From Trichodesmium erythraeum IMS101 (GTDB lineage Bacteria > Cyanobacteriota > Cyanobacteriia > Cyanobacteriales > Microcoleaceae): a stretch of 32,000 bases of DNA. Below are positions 1-9,754 of the stretch, one piece after another. The notes under the pieces are model-generated. The model had not been told where the DNA came from. It did not search any database and worked only from the letters and a program-made list of their open reading frames with translations. The stretch covers positions 5,550,001-5,582,000 of the forward strand of contig NC_008312.1 of NCBI RefSeq assembly GCF_000014265.1, written 5' to 3'. The position numbers were made by a program, and so were the translations under genes. Each line of letters begins with the position of its first letter. Within the stretch, counting starts at the first letter, position 1.

Positions 1-173
1 ATTTAGGCTCATTAAGTATTGTATATATCTAAAATTAATATTTATATAAACTTCATGGAGTATTAGTACATCTAGGTAAAGCTTTTTTGCTTAAATTATA
101 AAATTTTATAAAAGTTACTAGAGTAGGAAGTGGAGGAAGCAAAACTAACAGGTAAAGTCAAAAAAAGTCTGTG

Positions 174-243
174 AAAGTAAAAGAGTCAAAAGTCAAGAGT
201 TAAAAGTTAAGAGCCAAGAGCCAAGAGTCAATAATCAAGAGTT
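174..243. repeat. Heptamer short tandem repeat (STRR-like), about 10 imperfect 7-nt units
   Basis: Read directly as consecutive 7-mers: aaagtaa aagagtc aaaagtc aagagtt aaaagtt aagagcc aagagcc aagagtc aataatc aagagtt. The reverse-complement heptamer family (cctgact cctaacc cttgact) recurs at 12881-12904. The style matches cyanobacterial STRR heptamer repeats. Confidence 0.8.
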
Positions 244-522
244 AATTTTGTCTTTAAATACCAAATAGTGATAATCTATTTCAAAATTATAATCTTTGAA
301 TTGCTAAGTAAGTATTTCGTCGTCAGTTATGAGTTATTAACTCATTATCACACCGAAAAAGGAATTAGTCTCCAAAGAGAATTAAAATCCATAAATAAAT
401 ATGAATAAATATGAATAAATATAAAGTAAAAAGTCACCAACTAAATTCTTGACAAAACTGAATACTTAAATTTTTAGATTCTATTAAGTTTCTTGAAGTA
501 AACACTGCAAAATATCTATCCA

Positions 523-1482
523 ATGACAAAACTAATTATTCAAATACCTTGCTACAACGAAGAAGAATGTTTAGGAGTAACTCTAACTGCTTTACCTCGA
601 GAAATACCAGGAATAGACATCATTGAATGGCTAATAATTAACGATGGTAGTCAAGATCGAACAGTTGAAATTGCTAAAGAGTATAAAGTAGATCATATTA
701 TTAGTTTTCCCAGAAACCAAGGTTTAGCCAAAGCATTTATGGCAGGTTTAGAAGCTAGTTTAAAAGCAGGAGCAGATATTATCATTAATACTGATGCAGA
801 TAATCAATATTGTGCCGATGATATTCCTTATTTAATTCAACCTATTATTTTGCGCCAAGCAGAAATTGTAGTAGGTCAAAGACCAATCTGGGAAACTAAG
901 CACTTTTCTTATACTAAAAAATTACTGCAACAATTAGGGAGTTGGGTAGTCAGAATAGCGAGCAATACAAATATTCCAGATGCACCCAGTGGTTTTCGAG
1001 CTTTTAGTCGTGAAGCCGCCATGCAACTTAATGTATTTAACTCCTATACTTATACTCTAGAAACAATTATTCAAGCAGGGCAAAAAGGTATAACAATAAC
1101 GTCAATTCCTATCAGAACAAATAGTGTATTAAGACCTTCCAGACTAGTTAGAAGTACCCCTTCTTATGTATTGCGTTCTCTATTTACTATACTGAGAATT
1201 TTCTTACTTTACAAACCCCTACGTTTTTTCCTGATGTTAGGAAGTTTACCCTTGAGTTTGGGAGTAATTTCTGGTATTCGTTGGTTATTTTTCTTTTTTA
1301 GTGGATATGAAAAAACCAGAGTACCTACTTTGATTTTAGCAACAATATTAGTCTTGGTTGGATTTCAGTTATGGATATTAGGTTTAATCGCAGATTTAAT
1401 GGCAGCTAATCGTATAATTATGGAAGAAATTCAAGTGCGAATGCGCAGGCAAGATTGTAATAATAATAATTACAAAAAGTAA
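523..1482 (+). CDS. Glycosyltransferase family 2 (GT-A fold, polyprenyl-phosphate sugar transferase-like)
   Basis: 319-aa ATG-initiated ORF. The N-terminus IIQIPCYNEE...INDGSQD...NTDADNQY is the classic GT2 nucleotide-sugar binding and DxD region. The C-terminal third has hydrophobic helices (LMLGSLPLSLGVISGI, LILATILVLVGFQLWILGLI), as in membrane-anchored GT2 enzymes. Confidence 0.85.
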   Translation: MTKLIIQIPCYNEEECLGVTLTALPREIPGIDIIEWLIINDGSQDRTVEIAKEYKVDHIISFPRNQGLAKAFMAGLEASLKAGADIIINTDADNQYCADDIPYLIQPIILRQAEIVVGQRPIWETKHFSYTKKLLQQLGSWVVRIASNTNIPDAPSGFRAFSREAAMQLNVFNSYTYTLETIIQAGQKGITITSIPIRTNSVLRPSRLVRSTPSYVLRSLFTILRIFLLYKPLRFFLMLGSLPLSLGVISGIRWLFFFFSGYEKTRVPTLILATILVLVGFQLWILGLIADLMAANRIIMEEIQVRMRRQDCNNNNYKK

Positions 1483-1899
1483 CAGAATTTAGGTTTATAA
1501 TCTTGCTCCTAACTTTTTGAATTCGTTTTATGGATAAACTCTAATAACTTCTTAATGTTAATAGTAATTAAATACTTTATAGGATTCTGTAGGTAATTTT
1601 TTTACAGTAAATATGAGAATGAATAATTCAATAGTTATCTATCAATATTTAGAGTAATTTTAATTATTAACTTTATAAGAACTGATTTGTAAACTTAGCT
1701 GAGAGTATTAATATTATCTAGCTTTTAGTAATTTGGGGTTGACTGGAAAAACTTGCAAAACCTCAGCATAAGTAGGTAGGCATTAAAACTTGTTGCTATA
1801 CAACAAAATGTAAATTTACTCTCAAATACACTGTCCAGAAGAGCTTGTAGTTACTTGAAAAAATTTCACATAGTTAAGGGATTTCTTTGCCTACTTAAC

Positions 1900-3283
1900 T
1901 TAACGGGACTTTAGTGAAAAAATAGTAAAAAAAAGGGTATAATGTATACCTGATATGTATTTTACGTTAATTACTGGCCTGGGAAAAGTTTGATGAAAGA
2001 AACAACTTCAGTGGCCATGCCCTCTTGTTTCCATCGATGGTGCGATCGCTTTAACAATGTCTTTAAAACAAAAGCCCAAAAAACAGGGTTTAGGGAATAT
2101 ATAGGAGGATTACTCTTGAGAAAGCGATCGAAAAAACTTGTCTCAAATTGCCAACAACACTGTAGGTCACACGTACCACAAATTACGGCATTTTCTAGTT
2201 CGAGCAAATTGGTCTGTAGATGCTGTGAATGAGCGTCGTCTTCAAGTAATGTGGGAACGTCGCCAAACAAAACCTTCTCGATCCTATTGCTTTAATTATA
2301 GACGATTCAGGCCACAGAAAAAGTGGTAATTTTACTGCAGGAGTAGGGCGGCAATATATAGGAGAAATAGGAAAAACAGATAATGGTGTAGTCGTGGTGA
2401 CAACTCATCTTTATGATGGAGTTAAAAGTCTACTTTTAGACATAGCTTTGTATCAGAAAGCTGATTCTTTTCCAAAAGGAAAAAAAGACCCAGAATTTGT
2501 CAAGAAACCAGACGAGTGCAATGTCTCTAGTAGATCAATGTTTGTCCAGAGGACACCAACCAGAAATTGTGTTAATTGAAATTTGGCTATGGTAACAATA
2601 CATCATTCTTAAATCAACTAGAGAAAAGAAGTTTAACTTATATAGGAGGATTAGCTAAAAATCGAAAAGTCATCATTAAAAAACAAGATGACATTAAAGA
2701 GGAAATTAGATTAGACAAGCTGGCAGAAAGTATACCTCAGAAAGCTTTCAACTTAGTTCAACTAAGTACAAAAAATGCTAGAGAAGTTTGGGTAGCTACA
2801 TTAGAAGTAGAAATATCTAGGATGTCAGGTCAAAAAACTATAGCTATCGTTATGAATGCTAAAAGTTTTTCTGAGGCCACTGATATTAACTATTATATCA
2901 CTAATAGAGAAGACAAATATGTAACTCCTGAGTGGATATATTCTACTTATTCTCAAAGAAATTGGGTGGAAGTTTTCTACAGGGAAGCCAAAGGATGGTT
3001 AGGATTAAGAGAATATCAAGTCAGAGATAAAATCAGCCTTAAAAGGCATTTTATTTTAGTATTTTGTGCTTATACATTTATTATCTGGCATCAGTTAACA
3101 GGAGGTATAAGAAGGCGTTGGGCTAACAAACCATTAAATACGTTTACTGATACTTTAGAAGCATTTCGTACCGCAATATCTTATCGTTTTGTTGAGTGGT
3201 TAGATGAAAACATCGACGTATTTACCGCTCATAAAGAGAGTTTAGGGTTTGTTTGGGCTTGAAATTTGCTAAAGTCCCGTTAA
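1900..3283 (+). mobile_element. IS701-like insertion sequence (decayed), 1384 bp with 15-bp perfect terminal inverted repeats
   Basis: ttaacgggactttag at 1900-1914 is the exact reverse complement of ctaaagtcccgttaa at 3269-3283, and these bracket all the transposase frames. The palindromic TTAA at both tips could be part of the IR or a 4-bp target duplication. I cannot tell which. Confidence 0.8.
1990..3262 (+). pseudogene. IS701-family DDE transposase, broken by at least 3 frameshifts
   Basis: Homologous segments lie in different frames. ORF 1990-2232 gives FREYIGGLL. ORF 2138-2329 gives SQIANNTVGHTYHKLRHFLVRANWS. The stretch around 2290-2390 gives IIDDSGHRKSGNFTAGVGRQYIGEIGKTDNGVV. ORF 2394-2579 gives VTTHLYDG...KGKKDPEFVKKP. 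ORF 2576-3262 gives GYGNNTSFL...YSQRNWVEVFYREAKGWLGLREYQVRD. IS701-type transposases are made from a single ORF, so this copy is dead. Confidence 0.8.
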
Positions 3284-3539
3284 CAAGAAACTCAGCTTTT
3301 CAATATTTATTCTATAAATCAGCTCTAATAGAGATAATCGCATTAAAATGAATATTATACTTTATTAGCCACCGAATATACTGGAATTACTCGTATTTAT
3401 AATAAAAGTAAAATCAGATAATCTGTTGACTAAAGTTTTAAATTGAGTAAGATATAATCCTACTATTACTTCTAACTTTTAATCACCAAAACCTAGAAAT
3501 CTCTAACTATTAATAGTCATGAAATACTTTCTAAAAATA

Positions 3540-4661
3540 TATAGCAATCCGCGCATAGGTTGCAACAGATATAATAATAATAATAACATATCCACTTCAC
3601 TAGACAAAAAATTAATATTTTAGATAAACTAGACGATTTTATAAATAAAATATGCATAGTCAAAAGAAATAAAAAGAGCCAAGGCATGTCAAAATAATTT
3701 TTTTTTTGGAAAATGATAGTGTGAAATTAAAGAATTATTAAATGTAACTCAGCAGTTTTATTAGTGAATGGAAAAATCAAGCGTTTCATGGTGTAGAAAG
3801 TTTAAAGCTTCAATTATATTGGAACATAAGGTTACTTAAAAGCTGTCGAAAAAGAGCAAATAATTGAGTATATGAGGACACAAAGTTACTTAAGATCATC
3901 AGATTTATAAAAATATTTAAAAAAGCAATATTATGTAGTTTTTGAGTCTAATCAAAGTTATTATAACTTACTCAAAGAAGCGGGAATAACTTGGAAAAAA
4001 ACTCACTCATATAAATCTAGCTGAAAATGATTAATTAGTGAAAGCAAAAAAAAAGAAATAGAGAAATTATTGGTAAAATAAAAATTATAAATAGAAGCTA
4101 AAAAGCTTGTAGTGTTTATGGTTTATGAATGTTATTTATTATGGGGCTATCTCTTAAGTTATGCTTGACGAAGAAAAGATAAACGAAGAGAAATTCCTAT
4201 GAAAAATGAAATAGAAAGACCAACTTATTATGGAGCCAATTATTATCAAACTAAGAAATTTATTGTGCAATAATTAAAGAGTAAAAACACTGAGAATACT
4301 ATTGAATTTGTTAAATCTTTAAAAGAGCAAAGACTGGGAAAAAGATTGGCAATATTTTGGGACGGTGCAAGTTATCATAACTATCAAGATTTTAGAGAAT
4401 ATTTGATGTTAATTAATCAAGAAAAACCCGAAGAAAAATGGTTGATAAATTGTCTAACATTTGCTCCGAATATCCCAGAACAAAACCCTGTAGAAGATAT
4501 TTGGTTACAAACCAAAAACTTGATTAGTCAATTTTATCATCTTTGTAGTTCTTTTAAAATAGTTAAGTGGTTATTTAAATTTTTTGCAGACGGTCAAATC
4601 TTTGATTTTCCAAAACTTTTTCAGTATGGAATTTTGTCACAACCTAAATAGGATTGCTATA
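3540..4661 (+). mobile_element. IS630-family insertion sequence (decayed) with imperfect TIRs and flanking TA
   Basis: The left end tagcaatccgcgcataggttgcaac (from 3542) matches the reverse complement of the right end, tagcaatcctatttaggttgtgac (ending 4659). A TA dinucleotide sits directly outside both ends, as expected for IS630/Tc1-type TA target duplication. Length is ~1.1 kb. Confidence 0.75.
3780..4651 (+). pseudogene. IS630-family transposase, riddled with stops. Only the C-terminal 101 codons (4346-4651) remain open
   Basis: The C-terminal ORF reads IFWDGASYHN...FAPNIPEQNPVEDIW, which is the DDE third-acidic-residue region (PPYSPxLNPIE-like). An upstream segment translates to FESNQSYYNLLKEAGITWKKT plus interrupted lysine-rich stretches with TAA/TAG/TGA stops. 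Confidence 0.75.
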
Positions 4662-5018
4662 TAATAAATTATGGACAGTAAACTAGAAACTGAATAATTC
4701 AATAGTAAACCATTAATATTCAGAATAAATTCAGTAGTTAACTTGATAAAAAAGATGATAAAATATCGTAGTATTTATAATCAAAATAAATATAAAATTA
4801 TTTCAATAAAATCATATTATTACTTCTAAAGCTTGTGCATTAATTTCATTTAAAAACTTAAAATATTGGTATAAAAAATAGAGCTTAATATTTATTAAAT
4901 ATATAAAAAATACGAATAATATATAACAAATTTATATATACAAAATTAGCAATAAAATTTTCTATATTTGGTATAGATTAGAAAAAATGTTAACAATAAA
5001 AACTATCAGATTATAGAT

Positions 5019-6713
5019 ATGAAAAATCCTAATATACCCATAACAAACCAAACTAAATTATCAGATATAGAATCTGATTCATTCTTGAGTAAAAATGATA
5101 TAAATAACACCGAAAAAATTAAGATGAGAGACTTATTTGCTCAAGAAGCATTAGCTCAAATACCAAAAATTTTGACATTGCTAGACCGGAACTTACATAG
5201 TCCCACCTATGGCTGTTTTGACCGTAATTTTTGGCATTACAAAATTATAGACTTTCCCAGTGGAATGGCTCAAGAATTTGTCTTACCTTTAGCCTTAGCT
5301 TATAGTTTAAAAATTCCTAATAACCCATATTATCATCAGGAAATGATACATAAATGGGTAGAAGCAGGAATTTTATATACTTCTCATGCTGCTCATCCTG
5401 ATGGTTCTTGTGATGATTATTTTCCCTTTGAACGAGCTAGTGGAGCTACAGCTTTTTCTTTACTAGCTAGTATTGAAAGTTATCAAACATTAGGATTAAA
5501 TAACTATAAAATACTCAGTTTTTTTGAAAAACAAGCTGACTGGTTAGTTCATCATTATGAAAATGGCAAATTAGCTAATCATGAAGCATTAATTGTTTTG
5601 TGTTTAGAATCACTAAGTATATTATTGGAAACCTCAAAGTGGGATACAGCAAAAGCAAATCGTTTGTCAAGATTATTAAGTTGGCAGAGTCAAGAAGGAT
5701 GGTTTACAGAATATTCCGGTTTTGACCCTGGTTATCATACTCTTACTATATCTTGTTTAGCCAGAGTTTATGAATTAAATCCTAGTGAAAAATTAAAATC
5801 TATTATCATTAAAGCAGTCGAATTAGCTACCCAATTTATTCATCCTGATGGCTCTTTTGGTGGAGAATATGCTAGTCGTAATACTTATAACTTTTTTCCT
5901 CATGGATTTGAATTAGTCGGTAAATGGTTACCTGCTGCTTTGTGGATTAACGATCAATTTTTAATAGGCTTAAAAAATGGTTTAGCTCCTTGTTATGCTG
6001 ATGATCATATTATTGGTCATCATACCTGGAATTATTTATTGGCATGGCGAGATTTTATTACTGAAAGACCTGTTAATATTAATCGTGATGTTGCTAGTCT
6101 TTTGTTAGAAGAAGCTAAAATATTGATTAAACGACGACCAGGAATAGAATTATATGTGAGCTTAAATAAAGGTGGTGTTTTTAAATTATTTCGTAACCAA
6201 AAATTAGTAGCTTCTGATACTCATTTATCCCTACAAGTTAGAAAAGGGAGAAAAATTCTTAATGCAGTTAGTCATCTGAGTGGTAATTATGATGTCGACA
6301 TATCTCAGGATGAAATAGTTATTTCTGCTAATATGGGTTGGGCAAAACAAACTCAAATGTCATCTCTTAAGTTAATAATTCTGAGATTAGTAATGTTAAC
6401 TTTTGGGCGTTTTTTCCCAAATTTAATTAGAAAAATATTACAAAAAATTTTAATTACTGGTAAACAAGATGCGCCTTTTTCTTTCAAGCGCCATTTTAAA
6501 TATAAAGATGGAAGTTGGCATATTACAGATGAACTTTTTGCTAAGTCTTGGTTGGATGTAATTAGTGCAGGTATTGGTTGTGATCAAACCTCTATTTATG
6601 TTGTAATGAGTCGCACTTTTCAAATTAGTCAATTACAGTCTTGGCATGATTTAACAACAGAAATTAAAAAACTTTCCCCTGGCCAGCCCTTGAAAATTGA
6701 ACGTAAGTTTTGA
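5019..6713 (+). CDS. Hypothetical 564-aa protein, possibly an alpha/alpha-toroid type polysaccharide-modifying enzyme
   Basis: Long uninterrupted ATG ORF in an otherwise stop-dense AT-rich region. It has recurring Asp-Gly type motifs: HPDGSCDDYFPFE, QSQEGWFTEYSGFDPGYH and HPDGSFGGEYASRN. These resemble the inner-helix repeats of (alpha/alpha)6 toroid enzymes. I recognise no specific family, so the product name is inference. Confidence 0.75.
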   Translation: MKNPNIPITNQTKLSDIESDSFLSKNDINNTEKIKMRDLFAQEALAQIPKILTLLDRNLHSPTYGCFDRNFWHYKIIDFPSGMAQEFVLPLALAYSLKIPNNPYYHQEMIHKWVEAGILYTSHAAHPDGSCDDYFPFERASGATAFSLLASIESYQTLGLNNYKILSFFEKQADWLVHHYENGKLANHEALIVLCLESLSILLETSKWDTAKANRLSRLLSWQSQEGWFTEYSGFDPGYHTLTISCLARVYELNPSEKLKSIIIKAVELATQFIHPDGSFGGEYASRNTYNFFPHGFELVGKWLPAALWINDQFLIGLKNGLAPCYADDHIIGHHTWNYLLAWRDFITERPVNINRDVASLLLEEAKILIKRRPGIELYVSLNKGGVFKLFRNQKLVASDTHLSLQVRKGRKILNAVSHLSGNYDVDISQDEIVISANMGWAKQTQMSSLKLIILRLVMLTFGRFFPNLIRKILQKILITGKQDAPFSFKRHFKYKDGSWHITDELFAKSWLDVISAGIGCDQTSIYVVMSRTFQISQLQSWHDLTTEIKKLSPGQPLKIERKF

Positions 6714-6753
6714 CTTATATAACTTTTGTTTGAATAGGAAAAAGAGCAGAAAG

Positions 6754-6779
6754 TAGGGATGTTCTATGGAGTATCCCTA
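6754..6779 (+). terminator. Hairpin downstream of the 564-aa gene (candidate terminator)
   Basis: tagggat (6754-6760) pairs with atcccta (6773-6779) around a 12-nt loop, 40 nt after the stop codon. It is followed by an A/T-rich tract but has no clean U-run. Confidence 0.3.
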
Positions 6780-6925
6780 TAATTAAATTTGATTTATTAA
6801 GATAATTGGATTTAATACAAATTCCCAAAAATAATCCAAGACTTTACTCAATATTTCAGTTATTCAGTCAGTAAGACTACAGCCGCCAACTACGATAGAG
6901 TATTTTTGAAAATTACAACCATTGT

Positions 6926-7247
6926 TAAATAAACAATTATTCTAAATAAGGTTTAATTGCATACTATTTTAGTTTATTATATAAACTTTTCCATTCTATA
7001 AATCATAATAACTACCCAAAATTTTTAGTTGATTTTTTTGTACTAACTGGGTAATTACTGGAGAAAAATTTATGATTTTAATTTGCTAAATAAACAATTA
7101 TTCTAAATAAGGTTTAATTGCATACTATTTTAGTTTATTATATAAACTTTTCCATTCTATAAATCATAATAACTACCCAAAATTTTTAGTTGATTTTTTT
7201 GTACTAGCTGGGTAATTACTGGAGAAAAATTTATGATTTTAATTTGT
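6926..7247. repeat. Tandem direct repeat, 2 x 161 bp, near identical
   Basis: taaataaacaattattctaaataaggtttaattgcatac...ggagaaaaatttatgattttaatttg begins at 6926 and again at 7087. The differences I see are gtactaactggg versus gtactagctggg, and the last base of the unit. Confidence 0.95.
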
Positions 7248-7623
7248 TAAAAAATATTAGGTTGAACAGTATTTTTTACAACATTTCCTGTTTACCTCAA
7301 GCAGCTTCTACAGCAGGCTTAATTGAAACACTTCTACTACCTATTTGAACAGGAAAAGTTATCCAGCAGCTATTATTTTTTTGACTGCTCAAATTTTTTT
7401 ATTTCCTAATACCATTAACACTTTTAAATCTAATATTAAAGTGCCACATTCTATACTACTAATTTATTCGGTAGTAGCAACATTTCCAGCTTTTATAAGA
7501 ATAAATAAGTCTCCTAAACCTCTATCAAAAGTTATCTCAACAGGTACCTGATAGTCTGGGAAAAGATAATAGTAGCAAAGAGGTTGTGACCATCAGTAAC
7601 TTCTTTTAATCTGGCAACACTTA

Positions 7624-8570
7624 TAGTCATTTTAAATAATAATGAGACACTATTTGGAATAATAATTACGCATAATTTTATCAAGAGATGTGTTGATAGG
7701 TGAATACATTCTAGCTTTTTTTAACGCACTAAAATCATGTTCTTAGTCATTTAAATCAGGAGAATATTTTGGTAAAAATAGTAATTGATGATTCCTTGCT
7801 TTTACTAATTCTCTAATAACCTTTTTTCGTTAGAATTGGTAAATTCTCCATAATTAGTAAACTGGGAATTTTTAATGCTCGCAATAAATGTTCATTTAAC
7901 CATTGTTCACATCCCACGGCATTTAGGCTGACTTTAAATATAATTGGTATCATTAAATCTTTTTCCTTTTTTCTTCTCCCAGCTACTAACTTTTCTATTT
8001 TTCCTCGTTTTCCTTCTAGCTCACCATCAACTTTTTTCCCTTTTTTTGACCAGGCATAAATACAGTCTTGATTATATTCAAATCTTGATTAATCAATAAA
8101 TACAAGGCTTTTACCTCCAAATTTTATCAAAAAATTTCGTAGTTTATGATAATATTTTCTTCGTTCTTATCTATTTATTTCTCTATAACCAAGTTATTTT
8201 TTCCAAGGAAATTTTATTCTTTTCAGAGCATAAAATATAACTTTAGGATTAACTCCAAATTTTTTATCTCTGTCTGCTAATGAGCGATTATTTATTTGGT
8301 TTTATATCTTTTTCTAATTCTTTTCAATCTAATTTTCTTCGACGACGTTTTACCTTAGTTGCTTCCAATTTTGGGCGAGATAACTATCTAGATATCGAAG
8401 CTCTTCCTATCCCAAATATATGAGCTGCTTCGGTAAGCATACTACTATTTTCTACAAAATTTATTACTGTTTATCTTAAGTCTAAACTGTAAGGCATGGT
8501 TAAAAATAGTTTCTAGTTGACTTGATTTGATTCTACTCAATTTTTGTCTCAATCTTAATTCAAATAACTA
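7624..8570 (-). mobile_element. Second IS630-family element (decayed), different subgroup from the one at 3540
   Basis: tagtcattttaaataataatgagaca (7624-7649) matches the reverse complement of 8545-8570 (tagttatttgaattaagattgagaca) at 21 of 26 positions. TA flanks both ends. Confidence 0.7.
7650..8497 (-). pseudogene. IS630-family transposase pseudogene (frameshifts plus many in-frame stops)
   Basis: My manual translation of the minus strand from the ATG at 8497 starts in frame 1: MPYSLDLR*TVINFVENSSMLTEAAHIFGIGRASISR*LSRPKLEATKVKRRRRKLD*KELEKDIK. Homology then moves to another frame: KFGVNPKVIFYALKRIK...LVFID*SRFEYNQDCIYAWSKKGKKVDGELEGKRGKIEKLVAGRRKKEKDLMIPIIFKVSLNAVGCEQWLNEHLLRALKIPSLLIMENLPIL. 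It ends in a third frame: VIRELVKARNHQLLFLPKYSPDLND*EHDFSALKKARMYSPINTSLDKIMRNYYSK*. Confidence 0.8.
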
Positions 8571-8959
8571 TATATTAGAGTTTTTACATTTATTTTCAAA
8601 AAATCTTTTATTCCCTGCCATTAATATTGCCAAAATTTTATCTAGAGAAATTTCTGGAGAAACTTTAATTTAGTCAGGCGTTTTTGGTTTTACTTCTGGT
8701 TATTGAACATTTTATTTTTAGCAGCTTAAAGCTAAACTTGTTACTTCTGTTGCCATAAAAAAAATTTCATAAATTTTGTGTTTTTTTCAGATAATTTTAG
8801 TCCTAAAATTTTTTGTATTTGTATCCTATTAGAGTTTTCCTTAACAATTCAATTTTTATGTTTTTCCTCTAAACTATACCAAATTTCAAAAAAGTTTTTT
8901 CACTGAGTAACAAGTCCCTAAGAACCCTTTTTCAATAACTATTAAAACTCAAATATTTG

Positions 8960-9700
8960 TATTTATAATTAAAGTTTTTTTGATAATTATAATCATTTTT
9001 GTAGCAGAACGTAATTTCTATCACTCGCCCACAATCCCATATTTAAGTTTATTTATTTTTCAATTAAATACTGAATACCATTTATCAAAAACTTTTCAAC
9101 ATTTTATTAGATAGGAAAGTAGGTTAGTAGAGTAGTCTAAATATTGCATCAAGGCGTCCGTAAAACATAATAATAATTATTATTATTGGGATATACTCAA
9201 GAATAAAAAAACATGAATTTTGTATAACTCTATTTGATTAACTTACATCAAATTTTGGTAATAATTTATCCTAAATTATCTATAATATAGATCCAACATA
9301 AAATTAAGGAGGCTAAACAATTTTATAATAGTACTTATTTTGACTTAATCTCTATAGCCCAATAAAATTTAATTAAAGATTTTCTTTGAGTTCTGTAGTC
9401 TAAAAAGCTCATCTAATAGTTCAATAAGTTTTTATATTCAACTACGGCCAAATATTTTTTTTTACTTTGACGTAATTCCTAACTAATTTATTAACCTTAA
9501 ATTATCTATCCTTACAGTTATTAGTTTGCCATTTCTAGTTAAACAGGAATTAGCATTGCTAATACTTGAGAAATTATGGGAATTAATTCCAAAATAGACA
9601 TTTTTTTCAAAATTTATCAACAAGGGAACATTAATATGTTGTGCAAATCGTAACCAGCCAAAATAGTCAGTTAAAATTACATATACAACCTTTGTTTACG
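8960..9700 (-). pseudogene. Possible TnpB (IS200/IS605 OrfB-type) remnant, N-terminally truncated, many stops
   Basis: One minus-strand frame stays homologous-looking for ~210 codons despite ~9 stops. VVYVILTDYFGWLRFAQHINVPLLINFEKNVYFGINSHNFSSISNA corresponds to the G-W-Y beta-strand plus the GIDlGi RuvC-I region. IDNLRLIN*LGITSK*KKIFGRS*I*KLIELLDELFRLQNSKKIFN*ILLGY corresponds to the LqRklsRkkKgS..r.K...laklh.ki.n.R.dflHK region. Further downstream, WDCGRVIEITFCYKNDYNYQKNF is a Zn-ribbon / DxDxNAAxNI-like tail. This is pattern recognition only. Confidence 0.4.
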
Positions 9701-9754
9701 TAGCATTTTGAAAAAAAATACCATCCTCAAAATGCTCAAAATTAGTTAGATTTT

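Noticed and set aside
1990-3262. Programmed ribosomal frameshifting in the IS701-like transposase
   Set aside because: At least three separate frame changes are needed, and the frames also contain stops. IS701-type transposases are single-ORF proteins, so this is decay rather than recoding.
7345-7551. 68-aa ORF (+) between the 161-bp repeat and the IS630 remnant
   Set aside because: No motif, no RBS, and the low-complexity content expected from AT-rich DNA.
7650-9700. Stop-codon reassignment or alternative genetic code as an explanation for in-frame stops in recognisable genes
   Set aside because: All three stop codons (TAA, TAG, TGA) occur inside the remnants. Frameshifts accompany them in the IS630 copy. 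All housekeeping genes in the window are open and terminate normally.
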